From Monocercomonoides exilis PA203 (Eukaryota; Protista; Preaxostyla): DNA of 64,000 nucleotides. Position numbers and translations under genes: made by a program. This document shows positions 1 to 12,500 of this stretch, one piece after another. How positions within the stretch are numbered: the first letter of the stretch is position 1; every line of letters begins with the position of its first letter. The notes below the pieces were generated by a model that ran no database searches, was not told the origin of the DNA, and saw nothing but the letters and a program-made list of their open reading frames with translations. The stretch is taken from NCBI GenBank assembly GCA_001643675.2, contig LSRY02000018.1, positions 1,054,001-1,118,000 on the forward strand, read 5' to 3'.

Positions 1-3000
1 CTGGCTGTGAGGGAATGGCTGAAGGGTGTTTACTTCATTTCTGTGGTGCTGTGACTGGGACGGCTGGATGAAGTTTGAGGGCAGTTGCTGATTGGATGAA
101 GATGCTGCTGCTATTGCTGCTACCCCTGTGCTTTCAACTGCGCTTGAGGAAGAAGCAATCTCTGCCCCTGCAAACGGCTTCTCCTTCGCCTGACTCGATC
201 GGTTATATGCCTCTCTTTGCTGCTGGCTCTGTGTGTTTGCAGCAGCAGGAGAATTAACAGCAGAAGTCGCAGAAGCAGCAGCATTAGCTGTATTTGGAGG
301 ATATCGCTGCATGGGAATGAACGGAGGAGGTTCATAACGAGCGTTGTGCACAAACAGAGGCGCCTTTGCCGCGCCATCTGCGCCAACACTGTCAGCAAAG
401 CCGCGAATCGTCTGCTTGTTGTCTCTGCCTCTGAACGGTGGAATGATCATCTTCGACATATCCACGCCATACTTCTGCGCACGCTGTGTGCCGAACGTGG
501 TGGAAGAAAGCGACGCCACGGGCATCCCACCCACATTCATCGGCTTCTGCTGCTGGAACATCTGCTGCTGCTGAGGTTGAGGTTGAGTTTGTGGTGGTGG
601 TTGTTGCAATTGCTGTTGTGGTTGTATCTGCTGTGTCTGTTGCGACTTCTGTCCTGTCATTTCAGGGTGCTGCTCGTGAAGTGCAAAGCCATAGCCCATT
701 TGGCCGTTCGGAGGATAGCCAGCCTGCTGCTGTCTGAACATCGGCTCTCTTCCTTGTGGCTGAGTCTGTGCCTGTCCTTGTCCTTGAAATGTGTTGTATC
801 CTCCTCCTCCTCCTCCTCCTCCAACACTCTCCATCCCTCCACCTCTGGCTGCAATGCCTCCTTTTCTATCACCTACACCTTCTATTCTCCTTCCCTGCTC
901 TCCCATTCCTCCTCCTCTTTCGCCATTGGCAGCAGCATTCGCATTAGCCATTTCCTGTTTCTTCAGCATCGCCTGCCTTTGTGCTCGTCGTGCCTGCATC
1001 TCCTCAAACGTGGGAACTTCAGGAATTTGGAACTTCTTTCTCGCTGCCAACATTCCCCCCATCTTTGCCTTTCCAGCCATTGGAGCTTCTCTTTCTCCTC
1101 TCTGCATAGCAGCACCTGCCCCATCTCCTTCTCTTTTGTCGTCGTATCCGTTTTTCTCTCCGACGCCCCCACCGCCATTGCCTTCTCTGTTGGACAATTC
1201 ATTTGACACAGCTGGCCCTCTCATCTGTGCATATGCCGAATTCTGCTGCTGCATCCGAGGCGCCTCTCTCCCGAACTGTGCAGAAGACGCAAACGATGCC
1301 ATGTTTCCGTAGTTCTGCTGCCCGCTCCCTTTCATCGGCTGCACTGTTGTCATCCCGCCGGCAAAGTTGGGCATCCCAATAATCCTCCCTTTTGAATCTG
1401 TGTTCATCTTCTTCAGCTGCAGCGGCATCGATGGATCTCCTCCTTTTCGCTCTTTTCTCGCAAATTCTTCCTCTGCATAGCCATCACCTGCCGTCTGCAT
1501 ATTCTCCCCTTCCTTTCTAATTCCTCCTGCCATTCCCACTTTGCTGTCATATCCTTTGCCTCGTGCTGGGTTTAGCATGTCTGTCGATGTCGCATTCGCA
1601 ATCAACGGTGCTACTGACATCATCTGATTGTACCTTCCTCTTCTTTCTCCTCCTCCAATTCCTCCTCCACCACCACCGCCAACATTACTGCCAACCGCTG
1701 AAGAAGCCACTCCGCTCTTCTCCATCTCTCTCTCCTGCTGCTTCGCCCTCATCTTCTGCTGCTCTGCCTCTCTCTGCTTCCTCTCCCTGGACTCCGCCGA
1801 TGACAGAACTGAACCCGTTCCGTGTGTGTTCACAGAAGAATGCGATGCCAAAGCCGACCTCTGAACGCTGCTTCCCCGCGGAGAAGGAGAATGTGGCTGC
1901 ACCAGCGAAGAAGAAGAAGAAGAAGCCTCTGTATTTCTGTCTGACTGCACTTTTGTGTTGTTCTGTGCACCGCTCATCGTTCTTTCATTGCGCTGAAGAT
2001 ACGACTGCCCGCATCCCACTGGATTCATATGCCCTCCTTCTGCAATCCCCCCAGAAATACCTCCAGGAATCCCTCCCTGTGCCCTCTCAGCCTCGTTCTC
2101 TTTCTCCTTCGCTTTGTTCTTAGCGTCCTTCGCACCGCCTTTGAATGCCGGGATCACCAAAGTGCGCGGGTCAATCACCATCGCCAGACGCGGCTTCACC
2201 GGCCCCACCCTTTCTCGCTGTGTGTTCCTCTCTCTCTCCCTCTCCCGCAGCCGGTTCCTCTCTTTCTCTCTTTCTCGTTCCGCCTCTTGCTCCTCTGGTG
2301 ACATCCGCTCGTCCCCTTCTCCCCTCCCCTTTCCGCTCCTCATCTCAGCTGATCTCTCTTCGGCGTGTCCTTTCGCTTCTCTCTCCCTCTCTCGCCCCCA
2401 TTCTGCTCCTTCTTCTCTCTTAAATGCTCCACCACCGCCGCCGCCTCCGCCGCCTCCTCCTCCTCCCTCGTGTTCTCTTTCCAATCTCTGTCTTTCTCTC
2501 CCTTTGCCCTCTCGCTCTCTCCTCTCTCTTTCTCTCTTTCTCCGCTCAATCAGCCCTTGCAACCCGCCTGGCGCAAGCGTCCAGTCATAAACATTGTCAT
2601 AGACTGCGTCTTCGCGTGCCAGCAAGTCCCGAAACAGCTTCCGCAGATATGGATAGTCGGGCTTTCCATCGAATCTCAGACCTGACAGATAATTTGAAAA
2701 TAACAAAACAAACAAAAAAAAAATGTGAAAATTGGTGTTTAGGTAAATGAAATTATAAAAATTTCAATAAAAAAATTTCAAAAACTACATTCAAAAATCA
2801 TTTGTTAATCGTGCAAATGAGGTAATTAAGAAATAAAAATAAGCAAAAACAAAAAAATCATTTCAAATACTCAAAATTTTCACTACCTCTGACATATGTG
2901 AGAAATGTCGCAAATTCGGTCGGGAGATGTTTGCATAGAACATCAGGAGGAGTTCCCATTTTGATTTCTCCGATCTTTGAATACTTGACTCGCTTGCTAT

Positions 3001-3703
3001 GGGCTTTTAAGCCTTGCCACGGAAGGCTACCTGCCACAAAGTAGATAAGCATATATGCCAGCGATTCCAAATCATCTCGCCTGCTCTGCTCGATGCCAAT
3101 ATGTGTGTTAACACTGGCATAACGAACGGTTCCTGTAATTCCCTTCGTATCTCGATAGGGAATATGTTGATGCGTGCGGGTGTCTCTGTATCGCTTTGCG
3201 AGCCCAAGATCGATCATATACACTGTGTTCTCGCGTCTCCCTCTTCCTAGAAGAAAATTGTCAGGTTTTATATCTCTGTGAATGAAGTTTTTTGAATGCA
3301 AGTACTCCACTCTCGTGATTAATTGATCAGCTAACATGCATGTTGTTTTTATGCTGAGTCTTCGTCCGCACAACGTAAAAACATCTTCCAAGCTAGGACC
3401 TAACAAGTCCATAACCATGATATTATAGTCTTGTTCAATTCCAAACCAACGAATGTTTGGAATTCCTGTTCCACCTTGAAGCATTCGATATAGTCGCGTT
3501 TCATAATACAGCTGCGGTTGACGAGTTCGTACTTTCTCTAGCTTCACTGCAATTTCTTCTCCAGTTGATATGGCAACGCCTTTATAAATCTCCCCAAACG
3601 AGCCACTGCCAACTTTTTGATTTGTCAAAATGCGATATAACCCTGCAATAATCCATTCGGAGCATTCTCCACCAGTGGAATCTCTAGATATATGCTTGTC
3701 CAT
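1..3703 (-). CDS. CK1: Casein kinase 1 family Ser/Thr kinase with a long low-complexity C-terminal extension (3' end outside the window)
   Basis: Exon 1 (3703-2887) has [40 protein letters not shown] and [14 protein letters not shown] intron at 2886-2682 joins it in frame to [20 protein letters not shown]...YDW, the canonical CK1 C-lobe end. I saw no stop in the stretches of this frame I read towards position 1, consistent with its absence from the ORF track. Confidence 0.93.
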
Positions 3704-4809
3704 GAACTAACAAATGATGATAAAAGATGTTATCAAGTTATTACGACAACAGGAGAAAATTTATTTAAAAATAATAGGTAAAGTAAAAATTATCACAAAA
3801 AGAAAGCATCATCAAACCTAATCTTCTTACAAAAAATAAAAATGTTTAATAGTTGTATGCAATTACGAAATATTTCTGAACTTTCACTGTATATCAAATA
3901 GTTGGCTTTTTCTTATAACCTGATCAATTACCCAATTTCAGAATTTCATTTATTTACACAAAAAACTTTGATGGAAGAATAATTGCAGCACTTTTAAAAA
4001 ATCAAGATGTTAGTCATTATTTAACGAATAAAAAAGAAAAGAAAAAACGAATATTCATCTTTTAATGAGAAAAATTATTTGAAACACATTTTTGAAAAGA
4101 AATAGATTTTAAAAAAAAAGGAAGTGTTATAAGTTTTTAAAAACAACTGTATCATGTTCAAATTTTCAAATTTTATTCGTATAAGGACTTTAAGAAATTG
4201 TTCAAAAAAGAAACTCAACAGAAAGTCAAAGATTTTAGAATAACTTAAAGAACTTTATTCAACGAATCCACTCGAAAACAAAAACTGTTTATAGAAATTG
4301 TTTTTTCAATTTACTGGTATAAAATCTTGAACAGGAAAGGAGGAAAAACAGTTAAAATACGTTTTTTTTATTTCAGAAATTTAAAAAAAAAAAAAACATA
4401 TTAGATATTGCTTGGTTAAAGAAAATGATTCTAACAAACAAAAAAATATTAATAAAATCAAACAGTCTCTTTATAAAGAAATGCTTGCAGGCTGCAATTT
4501 CACAGAGCACTCTTCAGAAATAACAAAAACGTGTATAACAAAAACAATCATCACTCGAATTTCAAAACAGAACGAGAGGGGAAAAAAAAAATAAAAAGAA
4601 GGAGAAAGAATAAAAAACAATGAGAACAATGAAGGGAAAAAACCATACTGACAGACTAAAACATAAAGAACTGTAAAAAAAGAACAAGTCAACTCAAAAA
4701 ATGAAAAAAAGAACATAAAGTGATTAAAACAAAATAAAAAATGAAAAAAAATAATAATAAATTAGAAATATTTTGTGATCAAATTATAATTCGTGTGATG
4801 TGTGTTCGT

Positions 4810-6463
4810 TTAATAAGAACCAGGGTGCCGAGAAGAAAGAAATGGAAGAGCAGCACCCGGAGAAATCTGCCCAATTGCGGAATTTTGCTCGATGTTGACA
4901 GGAGAAGGAGAGAAGCTTGAGGCGTTCTGATACCTTCCTTGGTACTCTTCAGAGGTGCTTGTGGAGTTTGAGCTATGTGAAGGATCATGAGAATTTGAGG
5001 CGAGTGAATAAGAAGGATAACTGGCACCATTTGATGATGATGAAGATGAGGAAGAGGAAGAGGAAGAGGAAGAAGAGGAAGAAGATTGAGAAGAAGAAGA
5101 GGAGGAGGAAGAGAACTCAAGTGGCGGAGAAGGCGGAATGAAAGGCGACTGTCCGTAGCCAGAGCCTGCCTGTGAAGACATGCTGCGAGCATTGCCTGCC
5201 AAAAGAGGTGTTTCGATTGGAAGCTGAGTGGAGTCGTTGAATGCGGAAGGAGCGTCGCTGTAATTGCCCAGCTCTTCTTTCTCTGACCGGAATTCTCGGC
5301 GCTTCTTCTTCTTCTTCTTTGTGCGCTCTTTCTTCTTTTTGGCTTTTTTCGCCATCTTCTTTTCGGGCAGGTGTGCTCCTTGCAATCCAAGCAGCACAAA
5401 TGTGAAGAGAAGGGCAACAGGCTGCAGCGACTCAAACACGAAGTAAAACCCAAAATATGCCCAGTAATACTCGCCCCTCAATTGCGAAAAAAAAATTAAT
5501 TGTTTATTTCATTTGAAAATGAAAAAAATAATGCAATTGAAAAAAAGAAGAACTTTAAATTTGTCAAACCATTTGGTATTGTCATTTTCAATATCAATGA
5601 TTAAAAGATTAAGTTTGTTTTGAAGAACATTACAATTAATGGCAGCAAAGAAGCACCAGCAAAATCTTCCAAAGAAGCAAGCAAATGTAACAATTATCAT
5701 TGAGCACAAAAGCAAAACACGCCAATGTAATTTTGACAGTTTTGAAGAAGATGAAAGCAAAACATATACAAGTCGACCGCCATAAAAGCCTATTGAAAAA
5801 ACGATTGCTCCGTATGCAACAGTATTAAACTCTTGACTTGTTATATCAAAATTATCAGAATTCTCATTTGTTAAAAACTAAATTTCATATTTATGAATGA
5901 AAAAGTTTTGCATAAAGGTTCAATCGTGAATTTTCCAATTAAAGTATTATAAATGCTGCAAACATATACTATCGGCTCCACTATTACCATGAGACAGGTT
6001 ATCAATACAAGAACAACAACAAATATCACTTTCGATAAGACAATCCATTTTTTTGAAGATTGGGTTGAAGAAACAGCATTCCCGATCCAAAGTGATAAAA
6101 ACTGCCATGCCATGAATAACATAAGCCTTGGAAGCTGTTGTGAAAAAATGTTGAACACAACATAATCTCGAAATGGAATTGGCACAAGCATAAAAAATGT
6201 TCTCATAAATGAAAACAAGGCAAGAAACATTAAAAAAAGTTTCTTTACAACATTTTTCTTTGGTCCAGTTTTCTTGATTGTGTCAATTAGCTGTTGGGTT
6301 GAAAATAGCAAACAAAAGAAAAAAACAATAAAAAGCAAATAAAGAGGGAAGGCCCCTTGCCCAAATAACACTTCAACAATAACAAATTAAATGTACAGTG
6401 AAAATGCTTTTGCAAACGTGGGCAATATGCAGAATTTGTCGTTTGAAAATTTTGAAGGGGCAT
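4810..6463 (-). CDS. THH1/TOM1/GPR137-like 7-transmembrane protein, multi-exon, Lys- and Ser-rich C-tail
   Basis: ATG at 6463 and GT-AG introns join ORF pieces 5871-6371, 5509-5760 and 4810-5481. About 7 hydrophobic segments, with 'FSFMRTFF', 'QLPRLMLF' and 'FVFESLQP' resembling the TOM1/GPR137 pattern. Family call is from motif memory. Confidence 0.6.
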
Positions 6464-6653
6464 TTTTTTATCCCCAAAAATAAAAAATAAGTTATGGGTC
6501 ACAAAATATTTATGATATTTACAGTTTAAATGAAATTATTGCTGATCAGTCCAAAAAATATGTTGATCAAACATTCGATTGTGTGTTATCTTTCGAATCT
6601 TGATGACAAAAATCTACTGATTTTTATTTTCAGAATTAGCATAACTCCATTTA

Positions 6654-7053
6654 CACAATTTATTATTCGAAATTAACAAACTTATTATTCGAAATTGGTA
6701 AATGTGTTATTCAAAATTGGTAAACTTCTTATTCAAAATAAATTAAATTGAGTATTTTTATAAAAAAAATTTATTGTGAAAAATTGGTTTTTGGCTAAGT
6801 ATCGGAAAGAGATAAAAATATTTTATTTTTTCATTATTCGTTAAAAGGATGAGTAATTGAACCTCTAATATGGTTATTTGTCAATAAACATGAAATTTTT
6901 TGATAATTCTGAAGAAAATCATCTTCATAGGAATCTTTGATATTAAGAATGATTTCACCTCACATTGTTAGATTGCACATTATTCAATCAAAGTGTAAAA
7001 TTTTCTTCAATACAAAATGCAGAAAACGAAGAAATTTTATAATAGAATAAATT
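6654..7053. repeat. Dispersed repeat / TE left end, family X copy A (TA|CAC start, four 22-bp subterminal units)
   Basis: TTATTC(G/A)AAAT units recur at a 22-bp period (C at 6668, 6690, 6712, 6734). The following sequence (tattgtgaaaaattggtttttggct...aaaaggatga...ttgaacctctaat) matches ~34312-34540. Confidence 0.65.
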
Positions 7054-7138
7054 GGCATGACCTTCTATCATGGCATCCTTTTTTATCTGTCCCAAAAACA
7101 AAATAAAGAAATAAAATTGAATTTTTTGTTTCATTTAT

Positions 7139-7985
7139 ATGTTAAGAATAATGGAAATTGAGGAAAATTCCACAGAAATGAACTCTCCTCATATCTTATT
7201 CGAAACTTTCAGCAACAGTGAAAGCAGTTTGCACTGGTTATTCGATAATGAAATGATTTCCAATTCAAAGAAATGCTCTCAATGCAACGAAGATATGTAT
7301 TTCTGCACGTATCCAACAAGAAGATTTGCCTATCAATGCAGAAAATGCAAATGCAATAATTCTATTTTAATAAATACTCCTTTTTCCATTCAAAAGCAAA
7401 AAATGAACTTATATTACAAACTATTTTTAATTTCACATAGGCCTGCAGCCGCTTCAGGCCAGATCTCTTTCAGGTCTTTGTGAAAAAATTACGGCGGAAA
7501 TTTATGCAATTAGCCGACATGCTTGTTATTCGGATTCAAACTCAAAAAAATAAAAATTTGGAGGTGTTGGAAATGTTGTCGAATTGGATGAGTGTTTGTT
7601 ACGGAAAATGAAGTATCATTGTGGCAGATCCAAAAAACAGGTTTGAATATTTGGAATCAATGAAAAAAAAACCTTAGGGTAACAAAGCATTAATTATTCC
7701 AGTAAAAAAAAAGTATTCAAAAACTCTGCTTAATATAATCACAAAAACCGTTAAGCCTGAGATAATGATATATTCAGATTGTTGGAAAGCTCACTCAAAG
7801 TTGCCAGAGCTTGGTTTTGGAACGAAACAGTTGATCATAGCAAGGAATTTAAAAATTAAATAACAAACTGTTACACAAATAACATCGAAGCTGTCTGAAG
7901 TCGGTTTAGAAGGTATTTTTCACTAAATGGAACTAGCCTGCGTCACATTAAAGATTTCATTGCCGCATTTAAATTGTTAAAAACA
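7139..7985 (+). pseudogene. Merlin / IS1595 (ISXO2-like) DDE transposase, decayed
   Basis: N-terminal zinc ribbon (CSQC...CRKC). Then, across frameshifts and stops: KFGGVGNVVELDECLLRKMKYHCGR, IYSDCWKAH, VDHSKEF and YTNNIEAV, which are the diagnostic ISXO2/Merlin motifs. Confidence 0.88.
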
Positions 7986-8444
7986 CAGTCTAAACCGGAT
8001 ATAATCACATCGGTTTTTGCACAACTTTTTGTGACTATATCCGATTGTGATAATATACGATGATGCTACACACAGAAGAAAATAAAAAAATATACATTAA
8101 TTAATTAATTTTGGGTCAAATATTTAATTTTTGATAATTCTTCATTAAAACGCATTTTTCAATAGAAAAAACAATTCTTATTATTTATACACTTTATTCA
8201 AACCTATTTCATCATAATTTTGAAAAAGTAAAAAAAAAAAAAACCAAAAAATTTGAACAAAAAAATATATTTTTTATTAAAAAAATCACCCACAATGATA
8301 AAAAATGTGATTATATATTTTCAGCCCTGTGATTATATTCGATGGAAAATGAATGAAAAACAAGCAACAAATGTATGTACACAGAAATGTGTGATAATAA
8401 ACGAAGTTGATAATATTTGATGTTATTATATCCGGTCTAGACTG
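7986..8444. mobile_element. 459-bp MITE with ~26-bp CAGT terminal inverted repeats (Tc1/mariner/pogo-type)
   Basis: Left end cagtctaaaccggatataatcacatc; right end reverse complement cagtctagaccggatataataacatc. TA on the right flank, CA on the left (probably a mutated TA TSD). Inserted in the 3' end of the Merlin ORF. Confidence 0.85.
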
Positions 8445-9593
8445 TATGTGAGATTTTAATTTCATTCGTAAATTAAACATTTGTAACTTTTCAAAAAGGA
8501 TATCACATATGAAATATAAAATTTTTTCTTTGAAAAGAATTATCGAACACAACCACATATAAATATTGTCTTAAAAAATTGTGATTGTTCTATGCGATTA
8601 TCTCCTATTTTATGTAAAATTCAAAGCCTTACAATTATGAGGGGAAAAATAGAATGAAAAAAAAAGAAAGAAAAACAAATAAATTCATTTTATTTCAATT
8701 GTTCATTCAAAAGCAATTTAATTTTCGTTTTCCCACTGAGGAAAATTATTTAATCCGATATCGAACGAAAGCGTGATTTCAAAGAGGAACAGCCATATGT
8801 TATTTATATTTCAAAAATGAAATGTTATTGAGGACTTTATTTTGGAAAGTTCAAACAACCAACGATTTCTAACAAATGAACAAAGAATTTGAAAAAATAT
8901 ATAATCCAACTTCCATTTGATCGATTTTGATATTATTCTTTTATTCTCTGTTTAATTTTTTTTAATAATTAAAAGAAGTGATTTGTTATTTTAAAAATAT
9001 TATGAGTTTTCAAGGTTGTGATAAAAACCCAACAACAACAATAACAACAGCAATTTTGATGATTATATTTTCAAAAAAATATTGAGCCCAATGAATCTTT
9101 GACCCTTCAAAAAACATATCCAAATATTTTTTGGCTGATATGTTTGATGCGCAATCATTATGAAAACGAATATTTCTGAATTTTTTCCTTTCTCATTCGT
9201 TTCTTGGGGAAAACAAAAAAAGAAAAAAAGATTTCAGTTATTGAATACATGGACATTATGATTGTTGTTTGAAGTGGATGAAGTGATTCACCGACAGCAC
9301 AGTTGCCATCAAACAAAAAGTGTAAACAGTCATCTGCCTTCTCATTCACGAACAGCAACACCCTTCAAAAAAATCCCTGCTATCCATAAATGCAGACAGA
9401 TTCTGCACAGCATCTTCACCTTATTTCTTTTCTTTTTTTTTCGAAATATTCATATCCCTCTTGCATCTTCCCCTTCCAGAAGCACATAATCGTTTCATCA
9501 AATCAAGTCTCATTATATTCAACTGATTGGGAGATCCCTTTGCTTCTCTTCTTCCCCTTAATCTCCATTCCCTCCATCCCTGGTCTTCTCTCC

Positions 9594-12500
9594 TCATTCA
9601 AATGTGCTGTACCCACTCACAAGACTTCCACTTTGTGCACTTCCACTTTCTCTTTTGCCTCTGTCTGTTGTTTCCTCCAGCCCAATTGCGTCAGACACTG
9701 TCAGGACAGCACAGTCAGCCGGAAAATGACTGATGAATGCCCGCTTCAAGTCTGTGAGTGTTGGCCTGGCGTGCCGGTCCATTGACAGACAAGCGATGGC
9801 TGCTTTCACTCCATCTGGCGAGCCTGCCCTCGCAACATCTGGTCTCTCCCCATTCGCTATCTTCTGTCCCGCCACCTCTGCTGGATACTCCCCAAACGGG
9901 ATCTCCAGCGTCAGGCACTCCAACAGCATCATCCCTATCGAAAACACAACAGACTTCTTCGTTGCCCCCATCTTCCTGTTCATCAGCAATTCTGGTGCCA
10001 TCCACCTCAAGCACTCTTTCTTGTAATCATCCTCATCCTCAAATGCTGATGAGGGTAGAGAATCCTCCTCGTCATCATCACTTGCAGAAGTCACAACTGT
10101 TGATGATGAGATGGAGGATGAATCAGAATCATCAGATGAAATGAAATCAGAGTGCATCACAATGCAGATCACCATATGCTCAGAGAACAGCACAATATGG
10201 GGACTCAAATTGGCCAATGATTGAAGCTTGTTTTCCATTTCATCAAATGAGTGAAGAGCGAGATTAGCCACCCAGAACAGGATCTGAGCAGAAGTCACCT
10301 CCCTCTCCTTCAAGCTCCCAATTGCCATTTCTTTCTTCTCATTTCTTCCATGCAATAACATAAATAGTGAATCTCTCAAATCCACAATCAGTTTCTCATG
10401 TGGTGATGAACAGGCCATTGCATCTACCAGATTCGACATTGAAGAGGTTGTTGGACACATATCCTCCATTCGAACAAATGTCGAATCTGAATCCGTTGTT
10501 GAAGTGGATGAAATGGATGGCGATGGCGTTCGCTTCCTTATCTCTTCTTCTTCTTCTTTCTCCAATGCCCATTCTGGGATTTTGTCTGAGTCTCTTCCAA
10601 GGATATATTCAGTGGAGCCACTCTCACTCAGCAAATGCTCTGATGATTCCGAATGCCCCAAGCTTTTCGTATCATATATTCTCTTCTTTATCCTCTCGTC
10701 ATTTTTCTTCTCTGCCTCCCTCTCCGCTCTCCTCCACTGCTCTTCTGGCGACATCTCCATTGTCACCATCTCAAATGCTTTTGGATCTTTTTTCACTGTA
10801 TCATTCACAATCTCTCTCAGGTCTTTCGCTTCATTCTTTGCCATTCTCCATCGAACAGCCAGAACAATTGAAACAATCAAAGCTATCAGAAACAACACAG
10901 CAAATATCACAATCACAATCAATGCCCATGATGATTTTACATCTTTTCCACTTTCAACAAGTTTTTCATCTCCATTTGCTTTTGTCTCTGTTCGGTTCTT
11001 CAGAACATGCCTTGCAGTCGACGAACGGGAATCACCGTTTCCAAACAGAATGCACACAGAAACTTCTGCTTCGGCTGGTGCAGAGCAGATCATTGCTTTC
11101 TCAATCCAATAATGTGCTTCCGTCTCTGAAACAATTGCTTCCTCTTCCAGTTCATATGTTTCCAGAGATTCTGTGCTCCCAACAGCAGAAACAACACGCA
11201 CGCTCAGATTGCACGGGAGAAGCAGCATCCCGCCCAGAATCAGCTTCATTTCTTTTCCGCTCTCTTCCATATTCACTGTCTCCAACCGAGGGATGAACAG
11301 TGCCGATGCCCGTTCTGCTGGAATCCCCATCAGCTCGCATCCACCATCCATAATCCACAGCGATGTGCTCGGCTGCATCCCATCCCCTCCCTTCAGGCTC
11401 TGAACATCCACCATCCCATTTCCACTGCACAGCACATTCCGCCGCATCGAAGGGTACTTTGCCATTGATGGGTTGTTGTTGATGAATTCTCCTTTCACAA
11501 TCGTCACGCTCCCCCCACACATCGACAGCCCTCCACACGACACATTCGCAATCGTTGTGTCTCTCATCATCACCAATGAGTCTATGCAATCCACCAACGA
11601 TCCACTCCACTCGCACACACCTCCATCCCATTCCACCCCTTTCTCCATCCTTTGTGTGTCTTCCAGTGCAAACAAGCATGCACCCATCACCACATGATTT
11701 GCTCCACAGATGCCAACATCCTTTCCTCTCTCTGCCTCCGATGTGCATCCAGTGCACGTGCAGTTCACCAATTCCAGCCCCTCTGATGCACCGCTCTCCC
11801 AACAAATCACCGATGGAGAGCTTGTCTCTCTGCTGATGTTCTCGAAGCGGCTCAGCGATATCCCGCAAATGGATGAGACTTCTGAGTCTTCATTCTCATT
11901 TCCTCCAGTCCACACATGGCTTATCACTGCACCCTCCACCAACTTTGCTCTTTTCACTTCCACCTCTTTCACAGACACATCCCCGCTCAAAGCCCCAATC
12001 TGGACAAGCGACTTCGCGCACTCAATATCCTTCAGCACCACTTCTGTTGCCATCAGCGAGCCACACTTCCCAATTTCAATCAACACGTTTTCGCAGCTGA
12101 TCCCTCCAATCGAGCATCCCCACATCTTCATCCCACTCTCTCCGCCGCGCTCCCCGCTTCCGACGCTAAACAGCACAAATGGAACTCTCCCAACACCTGC
12201 CTCGCCTTCGCTGCTCACACCAATGCTCCTCAGCTCAGCTGTTCCTGATGCCACCTCCATGAACATTTTGTGCGAAGACACAAACGAACCAGAAAAGACA
12301 AACACCAGCTGCTCAAGCTCCACCTCTCCCACACTCTCCACCACACAATCCTTCGTCTGCTTCATCCCAGACCTCACATGCACCTCTGCTTGCTCTTTCC
12401 ACTTCGAATGCACTCCCACTTCTGCCAGCTCAATTTCGCTTTCAATCTCGCTTTCCCCATCCACAACCAGCTTGCTCTCATATATCTTCGTCATGTGGCC

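Noticed and set aside
75-2750. Many + strand ORFs (e.g. 217-1206)
   Set aside because: Antisense shadows of the CK1 tail exon; low-complexity translations without domains.
9158-9590. Short coding-like stretch downstream of the receptor gene
   Set aside because: Too short and without motifs; could be 3' UTR or a decayed exon.
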